Shown here one piece after another: positions 61,632-64,000 of a DNA stretch of 64,000 nt. How positions within the stretch are numbered: the stretch's first letter is position 1; the number at the start of each line of letters is the position of its first letter. Position numbers and translations under genes: made by a program. A model generated the notes under the pieces. The model made no database searches. It was not told the origin of the DNA and saw nothing but the letters and a program-made list of their open reading frames with translations. The stretch spans positions 375,583 through 439,582 of the forward strand of contig RDEW01000036.1 of NCBI GenBank assembly GCA_011109175.1, in the 5' to 3' direction. This stretch comes from Dicyema japonicum (lineage: Eukaryota; Animalia; Dicyemida).

Positions 61632-64000
61632 ATTTTAAAAGTGTTCTCAAAAAAACTTGAAGATCAAATAAGTTCATATTGACAAGTTATGGACAATTTA
61701 ATCGACCAACGATGAAATATGCAAGTCCTTCATGGGAAATGCAATATATCACGATCTTCCTCATTAAAATTATCTGCAATCGAGAAGACTGCAATAAAGT
61801 TAATTGTACCAGAACACAATATACAACACATTGAAAACTTTTTAATTGAACTACAACTGAAACTATTAAAGGAAGCTATTCTACCGAGCTGCCCTCTATC
61901 CAAATATTATCGAATTATTTACAATCATTCAGAAAATTTGAGCCGATGTCATGTCCAATGAGAAGAGCTGCTCAGGATTCTCGAAACTGCCGGAGTAGTC
62001 GTCTTTTTTGTCGGTCTGAATTCATTTAGTTTGATAAGAACTTTTATTTCTCTCCTTGACCCAGTAATCTGAGGGGAATAATAATAAATTGAGCCGCACT
62101 TGCTTGTGAGGTTACCGATATAGCCGCATGCGTTCTATCGTTCGATAAACCATCGAGAAAGATCAAAGAAGAATCCTGTAGCAAATTTGCTTTCGAACTT
62201 TCTACCTCTTGGATATATCTTATTCTAACATCTATCTCCTGACTAGCATGATGATATTATATTCAACTCATTCGAGACAATCAATGTGGAGCACCAACAA
62301 TCTCATTTTTATCCTACATGTTAGTAAGATCCTTGTAGCAGACTAAATTGAGTTGATGCATAGTCCACAACATAGTCCTTAAATATCCAGTAGTTAGTCA
62401 ATTGCCAAATAAATGCCAACAGCTATTAGGCAAACCTTCGAATTAGATTGAGAGAACAGAAGGTAGACATTCTACAGTTTTTTCCTCCCCATACATACTT
62501 AAAACTACCTGGTTATGGATTTCATGATCTAACTATTCCGTATTAGATGAATCAAATATAAAATCACAACCTTCAAACTCTTTTGTTGAAATAACATTTT
62601 TTTCTGTTATTTAATGATTTGAATCTGAACAAAAATTAAGTTAAATAATAGATTTAGGTCAACATAAACTACTTACTCTTGTCAAATCTTATCAAATATC
62701 TGAATATCCGATAGAAACAATCAATTTTCGATACTATGAAAGATATGATCATCCGCACGTCAGTGATCTTGAAACTGAGCATCATAGGTAGGGCTTTTAT
62801 GTTTTTCTTGAAACTCATGCAATGTCAATAATTTAATAAAAAAATACATAAAATAGGTCAACCAAATGAATTTTAGCAAAAATATAATGCATATATACTT
62901 AATTATGTTTTTCACTGAAAGGAACTAAAACTTGCAAAATTCAATATGTTTTTAATGGTGAAATAAATCCGCATTGAAAAATGATTTGAGATCTGAGGAA
63001 AACTAATTCTTATGTACAACGTACTGATGATGACTGGGTAAATAAAGACACTACAGAGAGTCCAGACCTTCGATGCTGGGTCATTTTATTTCAACTATTT
63101 TTGATTATTATTGTTATTAAAACTCAAAAATCAACGATAAATTAAATAACTACATAGCCATCAGGTGATTTTGGCCGCCTCGAGTAGCCATCTCATTCTT
63201 GGTCGGTGTTCTTCCCGGGTTCAAACGCATTTCTAGATTGGGCAGGGGTTTCTAATTTTTTCGAAAGGTAGTAAAGCTCCCTTATTGATTCAGTTAGTAT
63301 GGCGACCTCATTAATTAATTAAACTTATAAATTTGGTTATAAAATTAAGTAATTTATTAATTAGTCAATTGATTAATTCAAATTCATTCATTTATTTTAA
63401 CAACGAGATTTTCTCATGAGATGCTGTAAATTTTTCCTTAGACGAGAATATAATAGATTAATTCAAATTATAATCCTTGTACTATAATATTTAATGAATA
63501 GTCGATGCTTCTTATTATTTTATTTCGCACTAAACTTACCTTCAATGATTATCAAGTGAAATACAAGTTTCTCTTTGTCGTAATTTCAGGTTAAATAAAC
63601 TTATTATTGATAGATCCGAACAACGTGCAGAAAAGGGATGCCATAAGGGAAACATGGGGAAACGTAATGCTATTGGAAAAATTAAATTCTAAAATTTTTT
63701 TCTTTGTCGGACAAAGTAAGAGAAGGAAAATGTCGTTGATAGAGAACGAACAAAAATTTCATAAGGACATTGTCATTAGCAAAAATTTTATAGAAGATTA
63801 CACAAATTTGCGACTAAAAGTTGAAAATGCACTCACGTGGGCATTGAATGAGTATAGAAATTTTGATTACTTCATTAAAATTGACGACGATGTCCTATTG
63901 AATGTTGAAAATCTTTTTCTGTTGCTACAAAAAAGTTTACCAAAAAAGTTTTACTTCACTCCATTCATATTTTGTTCAATGAGCCTTAATCTATATCCAA
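61632..64000 (+). repeat. Segmental duplication copy B
   Basis: Colinear with 28612-31349, with an extra LINE 3' end at ~63103-63310. Confidence 0.9.
63416..64000 (+). CDS. GT31 galactosyltransferase paralogue (runs off the window)
   Basis: Same intron positions as 30765..31721; KRDAIRETWG, YFIKIDDDV; open frame to the window end. Confidence 0.88.

Overview
AT-rich eukaryotic (animal) genomic DNA. Genes are compact and interrupted by minute (~21-25 nt) GT-AG introns, and there is a short, divergent 18S rRNA fragment; together these suggest a dicyemid mesozoan such as Dicyema (inference, no database search). Recognisable host genes: MKS1, a divergent SLC6 transporter, two GT31 galactosyltransferase paralogues in a segmental duplication, a basonuclin/disco zinc-finger gene, EFCAB2/DRC8 and a divergent proteasome-beta-like gene. 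There is also an unannotated family of at least four single-pass membrane proteins. A large fraction of the window is transposon-derived: RTE, Ingi/Vingi-like LINEs with 2A-like motifs, CRE-like and R4-like RLE LINEs, and Ginger-, MULE- and Tc1-like DNA transposons. Most notable structure: a 2.2-kb chimeric insertion made of a LINE 3' end joined back-to-back to putative 5'ETS plus 18S rDNA and bracketed by a 130-bp direct repeat. A clean twin-priming-type inverted LINE elsewhere in the window suggests the mechanism. Both ciliary genes carry the same X-box-like 13-mer a few bases before the ATG. Many frameshifts fall in homopolymers and may be assembly errors. Exon and remnant coordinates were read by eye and are approximate.
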